A stretch of 60,000 nucleotides of DNA from Schmidtea polychroa (taxonomy: Eukaryota). Both the position numbers and the translations under genes were made by a program. The stretch lies in contig CM097885.1 of assembly GCA_044892525.1 (NCBI GenBank), positions 7,442,001 to 7,502,000 of the forward strand, given 5' to 3'. The notes under the pieces were generated by a model. The model was not told the DNA's origin, did no database searches, and was given only the letters and a program-made list of their open reading frames with translations. Each line of letters starts with the position of its first letter. Position 1 is the first letter of the stretch. Shown here one piece after another: positions 26,961 to 40,274 of the stretch.

Positions 26961-28230
26961 AAATTAAAGCTATAGTAATGTCAAGAGTCTGTCACCTCCA
27001 CAGTTAACCGTCAAATACTTCACGAGACTCTCCTGCGCATCTATAAAAACGGTAACATATCAAGAGAAAACTCCCATTTTATGCGCTGGGTATTACAAAG
27101 CTTGTGCTGTTTATATTTTAAAATGTAATACATCCGATAAAAATATTTATACCCATTACTTTATTAGTTAAGACGCTGAAGGTAATCAGATGCACATGTA
27201 AACAGTTTCTGTGCATCGACTTATTTTTTAGTCAGCAGAGGTGATTATGATTTTTCATACGCCATGTTTACAAGTTTAAAAATTTTCTGTGACCAAGCTA
27301 ATAAGCAAGTGATGTGATTTTCAGTGTACCAGAAAAAGTATGCAATAAAGCTGAATCACCAATACTGTATAATTACCTGGCGCGAAGAAAAAAAAATCGC
27401 GTCAACCAAAAGATCGAAACTAGTCTTCTATTAAGATTTACACTGGGCATAACAAAGCTTGTGCTGTTTAAATATAAAGAGATAATAATAATATTTATTA
27501 AACTTTTTTATTGTAAATAATTCTTGGGGAGGGCCCCAAAAACATATTGTCCTTAGGAGTCCCACAATACACAAATTTGGCCCTGGATCGTTAACCACAA
27601 AAGGTTCACAAAGATTTTTTAGAATGTTTCTAGTTTTAATAATTTTAAAATTTAATTATATTTTAAATAATTAATGACACTAGGGAATACTATCAAAATT
27701 TAAACCAAGCGTACAGTTAAATAAATAAAATCTTTTAATTTTGGTCACTTTTAATCTGTTTTCTTTTTTAGTGATCTCGCATGTGTGTGTGTTTCTTGAG
27801 CCAGTATTTGTTCATGGTCAAATGCATGTTTTACAATTATAACATGATTGAATTATATTGAAAATATTGGAGGGGTATTAAAATTTAAGATAAAAAATTA
27901 AAATTAAAATTCATAACAAATAGAATCAAAAGTGAGTTTTCGCATTCAAATGATACTTACAAAACTTTAATAAGATCTTTACATATATAAATATGACCTT
28001 TTGGAAGGGGTGTGAACACCTTCTCGTTACCACTATTATTATAAATCTTACTAATTTTTATCTAATTTTTGACATTATTTATCTCAAAATAAAAAATAAT
28101 TCTGTTTACATTTTTATTCATTCTTAATATTTTCTTTATTTACATAAAATATATCTTTTTAATATCTTTAACTTATTAAAAATTCGTATTTGTCTTTTTG
28201 CTGTATGTGTATGTATGTATGTGTATGTAT

Positions 28231-30059
28231 TAGGGTTTCCATTTTACTCGAGTTTTAATACCTTTTTTTTAATTAACCGGTTACTCGAGTACTCGAAATA
28301 ATTTCTAGGAAAAATCATTTCTTAACAAAAGATTATCAAAAATACTTATTTATTTAAAAACAAAAACAGTTCATTATAACAAGTATAACATAATATAAAA
28401 TTAAATTAATCCATTAAACATTAGAAAAACATTTTAGTCAAAACAAAAATTATTTTTTAGTCAAAATATTAATTATTTAAATATCTGTACATTTTGATTG
28501 AAATAATATTTCAAAAATACGAGAGCATTTAACGTATTTACGCCTAGTCGATTTCGTATTTTTGTCATTTTATTTCCTGATACCGAGAATACTCTTTCGC
28601 AAGAGGTTGATGTTGGAGCTACAGTCAACAATGCATTAAATAAGCAATCAATATCGTCATTTCTTTTCCCTCTATTTCCTTGAAGATTTTTAAATTCTCT
28701 TTCAATGTTAAATTCATTTTCTTTAACTTGCTTAGGTCTAGCCAAACTTTGAATACAATTTTGTAAATTTTCGTATTCCGTTAATTCATCTTCTTCTAAA
28801 TGTATTATTTCAGTTTCTAAATCTTCTGTAACTTCACGATTTTCAAATTCATTGTGGGGAAACAATCTTAGAAATAGTTGCTTGGCATAATTTTTAAGGC
28901 TAGATTTAGATGATTAATTTAAAAACTCATTCTCCTTTGGTTTAACGTAAGTTCCCTGATGTAAAAATATAAGTAGGGACACCATATCTCTATTTCTACG
29001 TTTCCCAATTTCATTTTTTAATATTTCTAATAAATTTAGTGAAAGATTCAGTATCTATATTCTTAAGTTTCTTCATAACATATAAGATTGTACCTTCTGC
29101 TGTTATTAAGTTAGCATCTTTTTTGCTAAGTTCTTGAACTGTTAACATTGTAAGTTCAAGCGTAATTGATATGCTTTTTAGAACAAGAATATATTTTTCA
29201 TCAAACCTTTGCAAACCAAGTTCTTCTAAGGCATTATTTACACATGCAATTAACTTTAAAAATCTATTTACAGCGGATGCCAATGTATTCCAACGAGTTT
29301 TTACATCTAAAATTAATCTTAAGTTCTTGCCTTCCTTTTGCCGTACATGCTTTAATAGAATTTCAGTGCGAATCGATGAATATTTAAAAAATTTAATTAC
29401 TTTTAGCATTGCACAAAAAAATATAAATTTCCGTCATCTTCTTCATCGACTTGATTTTCCTCATCTTGATTATCTTCATCATATAAAAGTTCTTCAACAT
29501 CATATTCAGTCTTATCTTCATCTTCAACTACATCATCTAAATTAACTTTTTTATTTAAAATTTTAAGGACGGCTAGATGAATTGCGTGGTTGTAGCATAA
29601 TTGTTTTTCTGCTGTAACAATTGAACAATACTTCACCATTACACTCGCTCCATCATTTTTTGAGGCAACAATATCCGTTTCTAAATTCATTCCAAATTCT
29701 TTCAAAAGGTTCTCCACCAACTCTTTGGTTTTTACCAGAAGTACATTTTTCTTTAATTTCAACTAGTCCAAAAACATATTCCTTTGAATTTGAAGAGCGC
29801 AAAGTCACATGGTGAAGTATTGCTCAATTATTACAACAGAAAAACAATTATGCTACAACCACGTATAATTTATAATAATTCCCTTTTTAATCGTAGTTTT
29901 TTAGTATGGTCTCATTTATATGCATCAAATTTAAATTATATTTTACAAAAAAAATTGTTTTATTAAAACTCGAGTACTCGACACCATTAATAGAGTATTC
30001 GAAAACTCGATAAATTGGCGAATTTGTCGAGTAACCGAGTACTCGGAATGGAAACCCTA
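28231..30059 (-). mobile_element. hAT DNA transposon with frameshifted, N-terminally deleted transposase
   Basis: 13-bp TIR TAGGGTTTCCATT; perfect 8-bp TSD gtatgtat; tactcga subterminal repeats; ORFs carry DGASVMVK, CYNHAIHLAV, DVKTRWN, PTSTSCERVFS. Confidence 0.95.
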
Positions 30060-30268
30060 GTATGTATATATATAGTGATTTCTTTTCAATTGACATTGTA
30101 TTTATACAAACATATTTTCTTTTTAAACTAGAAGTACTTTCCTATATTTAAAAGTAATTTCCGAACGGTACAAATAGGATGAGGTTATATTTTAAAAATT
30201 GATATATTTTATGTTTTACTTTTATATATTTTATATCACTTTCATATTGATGTAATTTGCAATAGATC

Positions 30269-33200
30269 ATGAATGTGGCTACAATACAGCTATTTCTCTT
30301 GATTCTGATCAACCAAACTCTGATCGCTAGGAGTTATACTGTAGGTAAGAGATTTATTAAACTTTTTAGGTATAAAGGCGCGGACAATAAATGCGCAGAA
30401 AAATATATATTGAATCGTGAATTAAGTATTTATAAATAGATTCCAAAAAGGAACATCGCAATTAAAAGAAGATCTATGGATTAGCTGGAGATATTTCCTC
30501 TTTTATTTGCGCTCTTATTGTTCGCGCCGTTTTTGCCGCGACTTTATTAATATAAACCTATTTGTTCATATTACGGAAATAAAATTTAATAATTGAATAT
30601 AATAATTAAAAGGCTGGAAATAAGTATCTAATATATTTGTTTAAATAACAAGTTATTTGTATAATAATAAAAACTTTCAACATTTTATTTCTTTTATTAA
30701 TCATTATTATCATTATTTATCCAAGTTAATCAGCATGTGCAGCAAAGCGTTTAGACATTCTTGACAATAAAATATCGAAGGATCAATATTAGATGGAAAG
30801 AAACACAAAACATAACATTGGCTGTTATTTTCTGATATTCTAGGCCTTTTAGAACTACAAGGACTTTTGGATTAATGTTATTTTTTTGCAATTAAATTTG
30901 TTGGAACAAGTGACGTTGATGTATCACTGGGTTAAATAATAAATAATGACATAATTTGAGGTGGCATTAAATAACTAAAATACTTTCTTTTTATATTAAA
31001 TGATTAGATTTTAGTTATTATTAATTTTTCAGTACTCATGGGGGAGACTACAAATTCTTTCCTATTCGATGCCGCAATAATGGGTTTCAACGATAACACA
31101 ACTGAAATAAACTCCTTTATTCGGATATACAACGACCAAGATGATTTTCTGGACAAAAGTTTGAATTTTAATTGCTATTATTAAATTATATTAACAAATA
31201 GAAAAATCTAGTTGACAAAAACTAACAAAAGTATTTCTGATTAAATTAATAAATTTCAATACATTTCACAGAAACTCTATTATTCTTCATTAGATATTTA
31301 GTGTAATTTTTAAGATATAAAAGTAAACTGAAGAAATTTAAAAGAATCGTTGATTCAGGATAACTAGTGTCACATAGCAATAACAATCCTATTTTTTAAA
31401 TAAATACAACACCCGCTTAGCAATGAATAGACACACCTATAATGTTAAAAAAATCAATAAGTTTATATTATATAAACACACAAACTTACCTGTATGTTGA
31501 TTTTTAGCGCTGCAATGAATAATAAAATACACGCATTTAATAGAGAAAGTGAGAGAAAAAATAAACTGACACATACACAAACACAACACATAATAATAAA
31601 TCATTTAAAATTTCGGTATGTACACCTAACCGCGAAATATAACATTATCTATAATCTAAAAAAAAGTCAATAAATATATATTATAGGAACACACAAACTT
31701 ACCTGTGTGTAAAATTTTAATGCTGCGAAATTTAACATATTTATTATAGGAATCTAAAAAGTGAGAGAAAATAATTAAGCATACAAGCACAGCACACATA
31801 ATGAAAAATACATACAAAATTATGTAAAGTGTTTTTCATGCGAAATATACATTGATTAACATATAATTAACATATCAATATTTTCAAATTATTTAAAAAG
31901 TTATGTACAAAAAAACTTTTGAATCAGATTCTGACTGCTCTACCTTGAGCTTTAGGGAAAAAGAAGTAAATACATCGTAAGATTTAATTATAAAATAATT
32001 TAGAATATAAAATTTCTTTAGATTTACAGATATTGAAGAAGATCCTTCGACATCTTTGAATTTGCAGGAAAAAAATCGCAAATCGTGAATTTTAATAAAT
32101 TATTTTAACAAATTAATATTTTCATAGAATTACAGAAAATGACAAAATTCGAAAGAAGATTACAAAAACTTAAAAAACTATTTTATCCATTCTTTCCTAA
32201 ATGTTTTAAAAAAATAAATGTTGGGTGATTACTTTATTTATTTATAATTATAAAAATATCTAACTTACATTTTTACGAAATAAATCCAAATAAATCCAAA
32301 TAAAATACCATAAAATTCCTAAAAAACACCTGAAATTTAATTATCAATGTTATATATTATCAATATTATAAATGCTGACTAACAGTAATATTTAAGAACT
32401 TGAATAATGATCTCATAATTATATAAAATCAAAATTCAAGTCCTAAAAATTACTTCAATTCAAAAACTTACCTTAAAACTATTTTTGAAAAATAGAATAA
32501 ATGAAATTAAGTTAACATTGTCATATAATTGGTGACTCACCTCAGGTGGTGTGCACACCAACGTATATTATAGACAATGTTAACTTTCGCGGTTAGGTGT
32601 AGAATAGACTCTATATCAGGGGTAGGCAACCTTTTAGATGTGTTGTGCCAAGTCACTCTTAATTCAGGGTGCCACCTTATTTCTTTTTACAAATAAGTAA
32701 TGTTATATGTCTGTCACATTAAATAAATACAGTTCTTTATGTAAATAATTTGATCCCAAAATTATTTTTTAAATATATTTAATTCAAAAACAAACAACAT
32801 AAAATCCCATCGACAACTCCTCCGCGTGTCAAATCTGGCACGCGTGCCATAGGTTGCCGACCCCTGCTCTATATTATAGAGTCTATAAATCATTTACAAA
32901 AATGTTATCTTTAAGTTTTTATAAAGAAAATGTCACTTGTTGACATTTTGCTCTCCAATTAATTATAGTATAAAATATTTAATTTTTGTTATATGTATTT
33001 ATTAAATATTTAATGAAAAAAAATATTTATAATTAATTCATGTTTGAATTAAAAAAAATGTTTGTTTAAATAATGTCTTAGTAGTTTCGTTATTTTGAAA
33101 TTTTATAATTTACTAATATAATACTAAGCTTTGTCAAAATTGAATTTCTCAAAGAGTTTTCTAATTTGCTTTTCACCATTTCTGATTTTTTGGATCTTAT

Positions 33201-36200
33201 AATTCTTTACAATGATTTCGGTAATTGGGTAACTATTTATGGTACATGTTATGAAATATGGCTAAAGAGGGTATTCTGTTTCCTAAATTAAAAATAATAT
33301 GAACTTTGAACAATTTTTAGTTAAGTAAATGTAATTTGTCACACGTTTCTCTATTTGCACACCTGCTACCTTTGTAACCTTAACACAATTTCAATGAGGG
33401 TAAGACCACTCTGACTAAGGACATGCTATTCCTGACATATGAACTAAGGCAGTGAGGAATTCATTCACAAAATGTCATCATGAAGGCATTTTAAAGTTTG
33501 GATATTAAATTAAGTTGATATTTAAGAAAATTTTCGGGAACAAAACAATGACGAAATTTGATTGGATAAAAATAAATCAATATTTATAAAAATCCAGAAA
33601 TTTAAAAAATCTACCAAAGATACCATGTTGATAAATATAGGGAAATTATTGAGAAAATTCTACACATGTCATGATAGAGGGAAAATATCATTCATTCACC
33701 CTCTAGCCGAGTAGTACTCTACTCGTCCCAGTAGTTCAATGCCGTGAGTTGTATGCAAAGTTTGCAAATCTTTCATCGACGAAAACTAACTAAATAAATT
33801 TTGCAAAATATATATTTTTATTGCTCTTGTTATTTTATTTTTCAATGGTTTGTTTTTGTAATATTTTGGTTATTTAAAATAGCTAGAATCTCCGGAGTTA
33901 AATTTCGAAGGGATGCTATATATAGTGGGTATAGGTCATCGACTTCATTGGCAGTTAATTTAACATTGTGAAGATGTAAAATTTTTATTATATTACTTTC
34001 ATTATCACGTCGAAAATTAATACTAATAGTGCCAATGTTATTACTAGATTTAAACACCATTAAATTTCAAGGTCATACTAGAAGATGAAAACCCTGTAAA
34101 TTAGTAATTGTTTTTTTAAAAATTTTTGAAATGAATTATTACCAAACCATTTGATATATTAAATTTTAAAAATATCAAAAAAATTTTCACTAAATTTTTC
34201 ATGGTTATAAAACAATATATATATATCATCGCGTCAGATGGGGATAAAGTTCAAAATCTCGCAGTATATAACCACTCGAATTCTTACGCTTCCCCAACCG
34301 GAATGTAAGTCGTCTGCAAACGATTTAATGCCAACACGTAAATCATTAAAAATGATTAAAACATCCAAACTATTTTTATAGAATGGTTAGAGTTTAAATA
34401 TATGGCTAAGCCACATTCACTAACTTCCGTTAATGAATAATAATATTGCCTCATTACGAGGATGGCACAAAATATCATGATTTTTAGGCGAGATTCAGAC
34501 TTAGAGGCGTTCAGTCTTAATCTCTCGGATGGTAGCTTCGTGCCACTGACTTTTCGATCGAGCACATTTACCAGTGATCCGAATCTGCGGTTCCTCTCGT
34601 ACTGAGCAGAATTACTATTATCATGACAAATTATATAGTAGGGTAAAACTAACTTGTCTAACGACGGTTTAAACCCAGCTCACGTTCCCTTTTAGCGGAT
34701 GAACAATCCAACGCTTTGCGAATTCTGCTTCTCAATGATAGAAAGAGCCGACATCAAAGGATCAAAAATAATATTTAATAATATTTAATTTTTCATAAAT
34801 ATAATTATAATAATATAAATATCATGATAATACATGATTAAATATGTTTTAAAAATTTAATATTAAATTACAATTTTGATTAAAAAAAATAAATAATTGA
34901 AGAATAGTGAATGGGTTACTAATTATATATCTAAAGTCATAAATTAAAATATTAACACAAGAATGACCTTGAAAAATCTAACTGCTAATGATTAAAACAA
35001 ATCATTACATCAACAAAACTATTGCTGCGTACAATACCAAATATAAATGCTATAAAAGAAAAGAGTTGACTCTCCATGGTCACGTCATAATGTGGAGTAA
35101 TACGATCTTCTTTTAAACAAAAATTCTTTGTTTATTATTATTTTTTACTCAGGACATTAGACAAGATCATAGGTGAAAGATTTTTACAGTTCAACGGGAA
35201 ATTTATGAAATTCATTTAAACACTCGCGTTAATTTTTATTGATATTGTTTATTTAATTTTTTGTTTTTAAATCTGATTGAATAAATAAATAAATTTTCGA
35301 ATTTGTTCATGTTTATTTTATTAAAACAATAATTTAAAGATTAAAAATTAAATTTATCAAAATTTTCAGGTTTCGAATTATCGAGCTGATTATTGATGAG
35401 AATATAATGAACTCGAAATTAGTTTGCCATTAGAAATCCTATAGAATATTGCGTTAAATTTTAATAAAAATCTTTACTTTTAAATTTATAAAGTTAGGTT
35501 ATAATATTTTTATGTTTTCATGATGTAACAAGTAGAATGTTTTAAAGAAATTATTTTGTCAGAAAAATTCGCAAACTTCCCGAAATTTGAGGAGAATGGA
35601 TAAACTGAAATCGAAAATATTAAATATAATTTAAATTCAATATTTTTCATATTAATATTTGTAAGACTAAATCAAAACAATATATTAGGTATAAAATATT
35701 TCGGCTCAGCCTTTATCAAATGTGTATCTAGCTAGAATCTAGATAGTCATATAAATTTAATTTTAAAAGGTAACTAAATTTATAAATTATATAAAATTGT
35801 GTACCTTATATATTGTTTTGATTTATAATCTTACAAATATTAATATGAAAATTATTGAATTATAAAAGATCAAAGCTGAAACCAAAAGATAAGTATGCAA
35901 ATTCAAATACTAGATCAACACTGAAAGAAGATTTAAAATGTGGTTTTTTAAAAATACATTCAATAATAAAATATTTGATGAAATGGGGAGTGTAGAAGAT
36001 ATCAAAAATAAAAAGTGTTATAATTTTCTACCAAAATAAACTTAGAAATTTTGATAATTATTGGGAAACAATTTTATATCAGACTTATGAGGTTTTTGTG
36101 TAAGGGGATCTTGTGAAAAAAATATGGCATAAAAATAATGAAACATTAATTTTATACTTAATGTTTATGTACGTCACAATACATATGTTGAGGATACCTA

Positions 36201-39200
36201 AGTAATAAATAATATTATAAATAGTTTGAATAACTTGGGGAAAACCGATAGGGTGATTGGGATAGCACTCTGAAACTTGGAGAAGAAAACATAAAAGCAA
36301 AATAATTGAGAAATGAAGAAGGAATAACAAAACAAAAGAAATGCAACAATAAAGCGGAGAAAGGTCACTTATAATTAATAAGTGCAAGAAAGCAAAAAGG
36401 AATTCCAAAATTGGAAAACAAAAACAAAACATGAAAACAAAATCGGCATCTCCGAACTTTCAAAGATAACGTGGGAAATATGAAAAAAGTATGGAAAAAG
36501 CCAGAAGCATAAATGAAAAAAATGACAAATTATCCGTAGTGCTGAACTATCAGTGATAACACAGGAGCTCTACAAATTATGGAGAGACAGGAATGAAAAA
36601 AATGAATTCTTGCAAGTGTCGGACAAGTGTGGACTATAAAACTAAAAGTCTTCTTAATGGAATCAGAAATTTGTGGTCGAGGAAAAAATTGAAAAAGATT
36701 GTTGAGAAAATAATTCGGAATTAAACAGTAGAGAAAATTAGAGTAATTGGAAATTAGAGAAATAAAGTGAGAACCGTGAACTAAACTAAACGTTGAACTA
36801 AACCGTGAACTAAAATTAGTTCAATAAGGTTTGAAGTATACTGAATAAATTCAAGTCAAAGCAAAGGAGAATTCAATTTAATTTACCTAGACTTAATTAC
36901 TAAAATAATGTTATTTGTCTACACTGGCTGGTTCGACCTTTGATAGCAGTCAACATTTCAGTTGCAATATGAAAGTTTTCATTCTCAAGTTTTTCAAATA
37001 AGTTAGCATCTTGGTGGCTCAGTTTTGGTTGTTGCATATTAATATCAAAAGCATCACAATCATTTTCATTTTTCCGTTTTTTGATATTCAAATTATGGAC
37101 ATTCTCCAAATGCCGTATTGAGCTAGACTTTGTAGATCCTTTGCATGACAAGATTTTTCTGCATAACTTACACGTAGCGGCGGCATTCTTACCACATTTG
37201 TCAAAATACTTTTAGACTTCAAAATCCAGTAGATCGTTAGAAGGATTAATAAACTAAATAAATATAATGTTTAAAAAATTTTTCTTCAAATATATAATTA
37301 CTATAGAATTATACTATTATCTGCAGCTGTTGCTATTTTCAAATACGCATACTAATTACTACACCAAACACCACTGAGATACGTTCTCTATAGTGGTGGT
37401 TGGCGTGTAAAATCACTCACCAATTTATTTACCAATTGTAAATCATCATCATCAGCAAATCAAGCATTGCTAATCAATTATGTTTTTTGGAAATTTATTT
37501 TAGCCATTTTACAAATGGCTTACAAGTAATTTTTTTTGTTTAAAATAAATTTTAAGACTTGAATTCTGATCCATATGAGATATGAGATCATTATTCAAGT
37601 TCTTAAATATTACTTTTAATCAACAATATAATTATAAATTATTTTTAATTAATTTTCAGGCTTTTTTAGGAATTTTATGTCTTATTAAAGTATTTTGGAA
37701 TTATTTCGAAAAAACGTGAGTCAGATATGTTTTTAATCATAATTAATGAAATAAATAAATAAATCACCAAAAATAGTTATTTTTTTAAAACATTTTGGGA
37801 AAAATCGCTGATTAGAATAATTTTTTTTCTGAGCTCAATATGAGGGATTCTTTAAGGAAATCAAATCTGGATTGAAAAGATATTGAACCAAATTCATCTG
37901 CTCCTGATATTTTCATTAAAAATATAATTTAAAAAATTTTCAACGATCTATTATTTCTAAAAATTGTCTAAAATAAAGTTATTATAGAAACTTATCTCAT
38001 CGTTACATTTCTACGAATCAAAAGTTTGTATGTGTTTTTTAATATGTGTTGTGCTTGTGTGCAGTTTTTAATTTTTCTTCCACTTTTCAGATTTCTATAG
38101 TATAAGATGTATCTCATTGAGCTATAAATGAGAACATCGACGTGAAATCAAAGTAAGTATGTATGTTTCTATAATGTAAGATTATTGATTTTTCTGTTAT
38201 ATTATAGGAAACGGTTATCAGTGGGGTTTGGTGTAATTACCAATAAACGAATAACCTGCCATAAACACATGTTGTGTTTACACAATGTTATCCAATTAAA
38301 TGACCAATGTAAACGAAATGTAAAGTTCTCAATAAAATATATTAATAATTTTTAATCTTATTAATCAGCATATGGTAATAAGAATAAATATTACGACAAA
38401 TATATTTTATTTATAAAACTATATCAATTTATATAAATAAAAGTTTTTGTGAGCATTTTTTTAATACTTTTACTTAAGTGCGTAAAAGGTTTATCAAGCC
38501 TCAAAAGCTCAAGTCAATTGTAAATAATAACTCGAGCTTCATTCAAGCTAAGAGACGAGTTAACTCGAGCTTTACGGACCGGCTCCATCCAAAAACTCTA
38601 ATTGTGATCATATCTTCGAAATTTATTTCATTTTCATTTAAAAGAGGCTTTTAACGTCAACAATTACGAACTTCCAATAATATATTATCATTTATTGATC
38701 AGCACAATTACAACCTAGTCTCCTTTGTATTGATTACTACCACACAAACAGATTAAACATTTTCCAGTTTCCAATGCTTATTAAAACACATTGTAAAAAA
38801 TAGCTCTATTTTCGTTTCGTAAATTATTGCTTCTGGCCAAGATATCCCACTACAGTTTAATTGACTGAGTTCTCTACCCATTTTTCATGGATTCGTTTTC
38901 CTTTTAATTTACAAGTAATTCTCACAAAAATTTATAATTTTTATAAAACTGTATAACCTATTAGATTAAAATGACCAGTTCACATTTATATACAACTCGT
39001 CATTCTATTAGGTTATTTAAAGGTTTTAATCCTGTGATATAATTGTATTGAACAATAGACAAACATGTTATATATATCTTTCACGTATTGTTACTTAATC
39101 TTATTACAATCCAATACCACTTGTAAAAATCAAAATGTTTAACATACATTCTTTATGTGAAATTTTATTTTATATAGTTTGCAGCTTAAACTCCTCGTCC

Positions 39201-39802
39201 CTTGATGCAATCATTGATCTCAGCCTCAATGTTATCGGAAGTGACGATATTGGCAGTCACATGGATGCTCCAGTCGTGTCAATGAAGGAATGGAATCAGT
39301 ATTCAAGTTCAGAAATCACAAATATCCCTTCCGTGAGACCAACCTCAAGTGACTACATTGAGTCTGTTGTTAGTTTTATCAACAGTCTGAATTCAACGCG
39401 AGACTCTATCCTTATTCTTTACTCAGCCAATTTTGGTATGTCTTTTGTTTACTGTTGTTTATATGTTTACTATTATTGTTTACTTTAATTAAAAATTTTA
39501 AATTTCAATATCTTTTTTGATACATTTTGTAACATACCTATTTTTCATAAAGATTTTGCTCGCTCAAAAGATATTTATCAGTCATTATTAAAGATTAATT
39601 AATTTCGAATAGAATTTCTTTTATTGGCATTCAATGCATTAAGTTTATCTCTAAATTTCCTTATTATTTAGACCAGGGGTTTCCAACCTTTTCATAGTAC
39701 CGTACCTGTACGTTGTAAACAATTTGATGGCGTATCGGTAAACCTAAATTTTTTAATGGGGTATAAAATGCAATGAAGATTTGTAATAAAGCCAAGTAAC
39801 TT

Positions 39803-39878
<76 letters not shown>

Positions 39879-40190
39879 CTGCTAAACATATAAATAAAAT
39901 ATAATTATGACTTAAAAAATAGTTAGTGAGAAGGTTGGACCTGTTTATTATTAACTGAAGAAGGAATATCGGACTCAATGTTTGTCAGTTTAAGGCGAAG
40001 ATCTGATTCAATATCCAGCAAAGCTCTATACTTGGTTTTCATCGCAGTCATTGCAGTAAATCCTGTTTTACATAAATATGTGGTTGCAAATGGCATTAAA
40101 AATTTTAGAAAATTAGAAATTGTAAAATAATAAAATGTATGGGTTATTGTAGTCTTGTTTTTTTCGCAAAACAGATTTTTAATAGATTTT

Positions 40191-40274
<84 letters not shown>

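Noticed and set aside
33700..33785. gtcgatgaa...gcaaact on minus strand as 5.8S rRNA
   Set aside because: Similarity is limited to a few nucleotides and the position relative to the 28S fragment is wrong.
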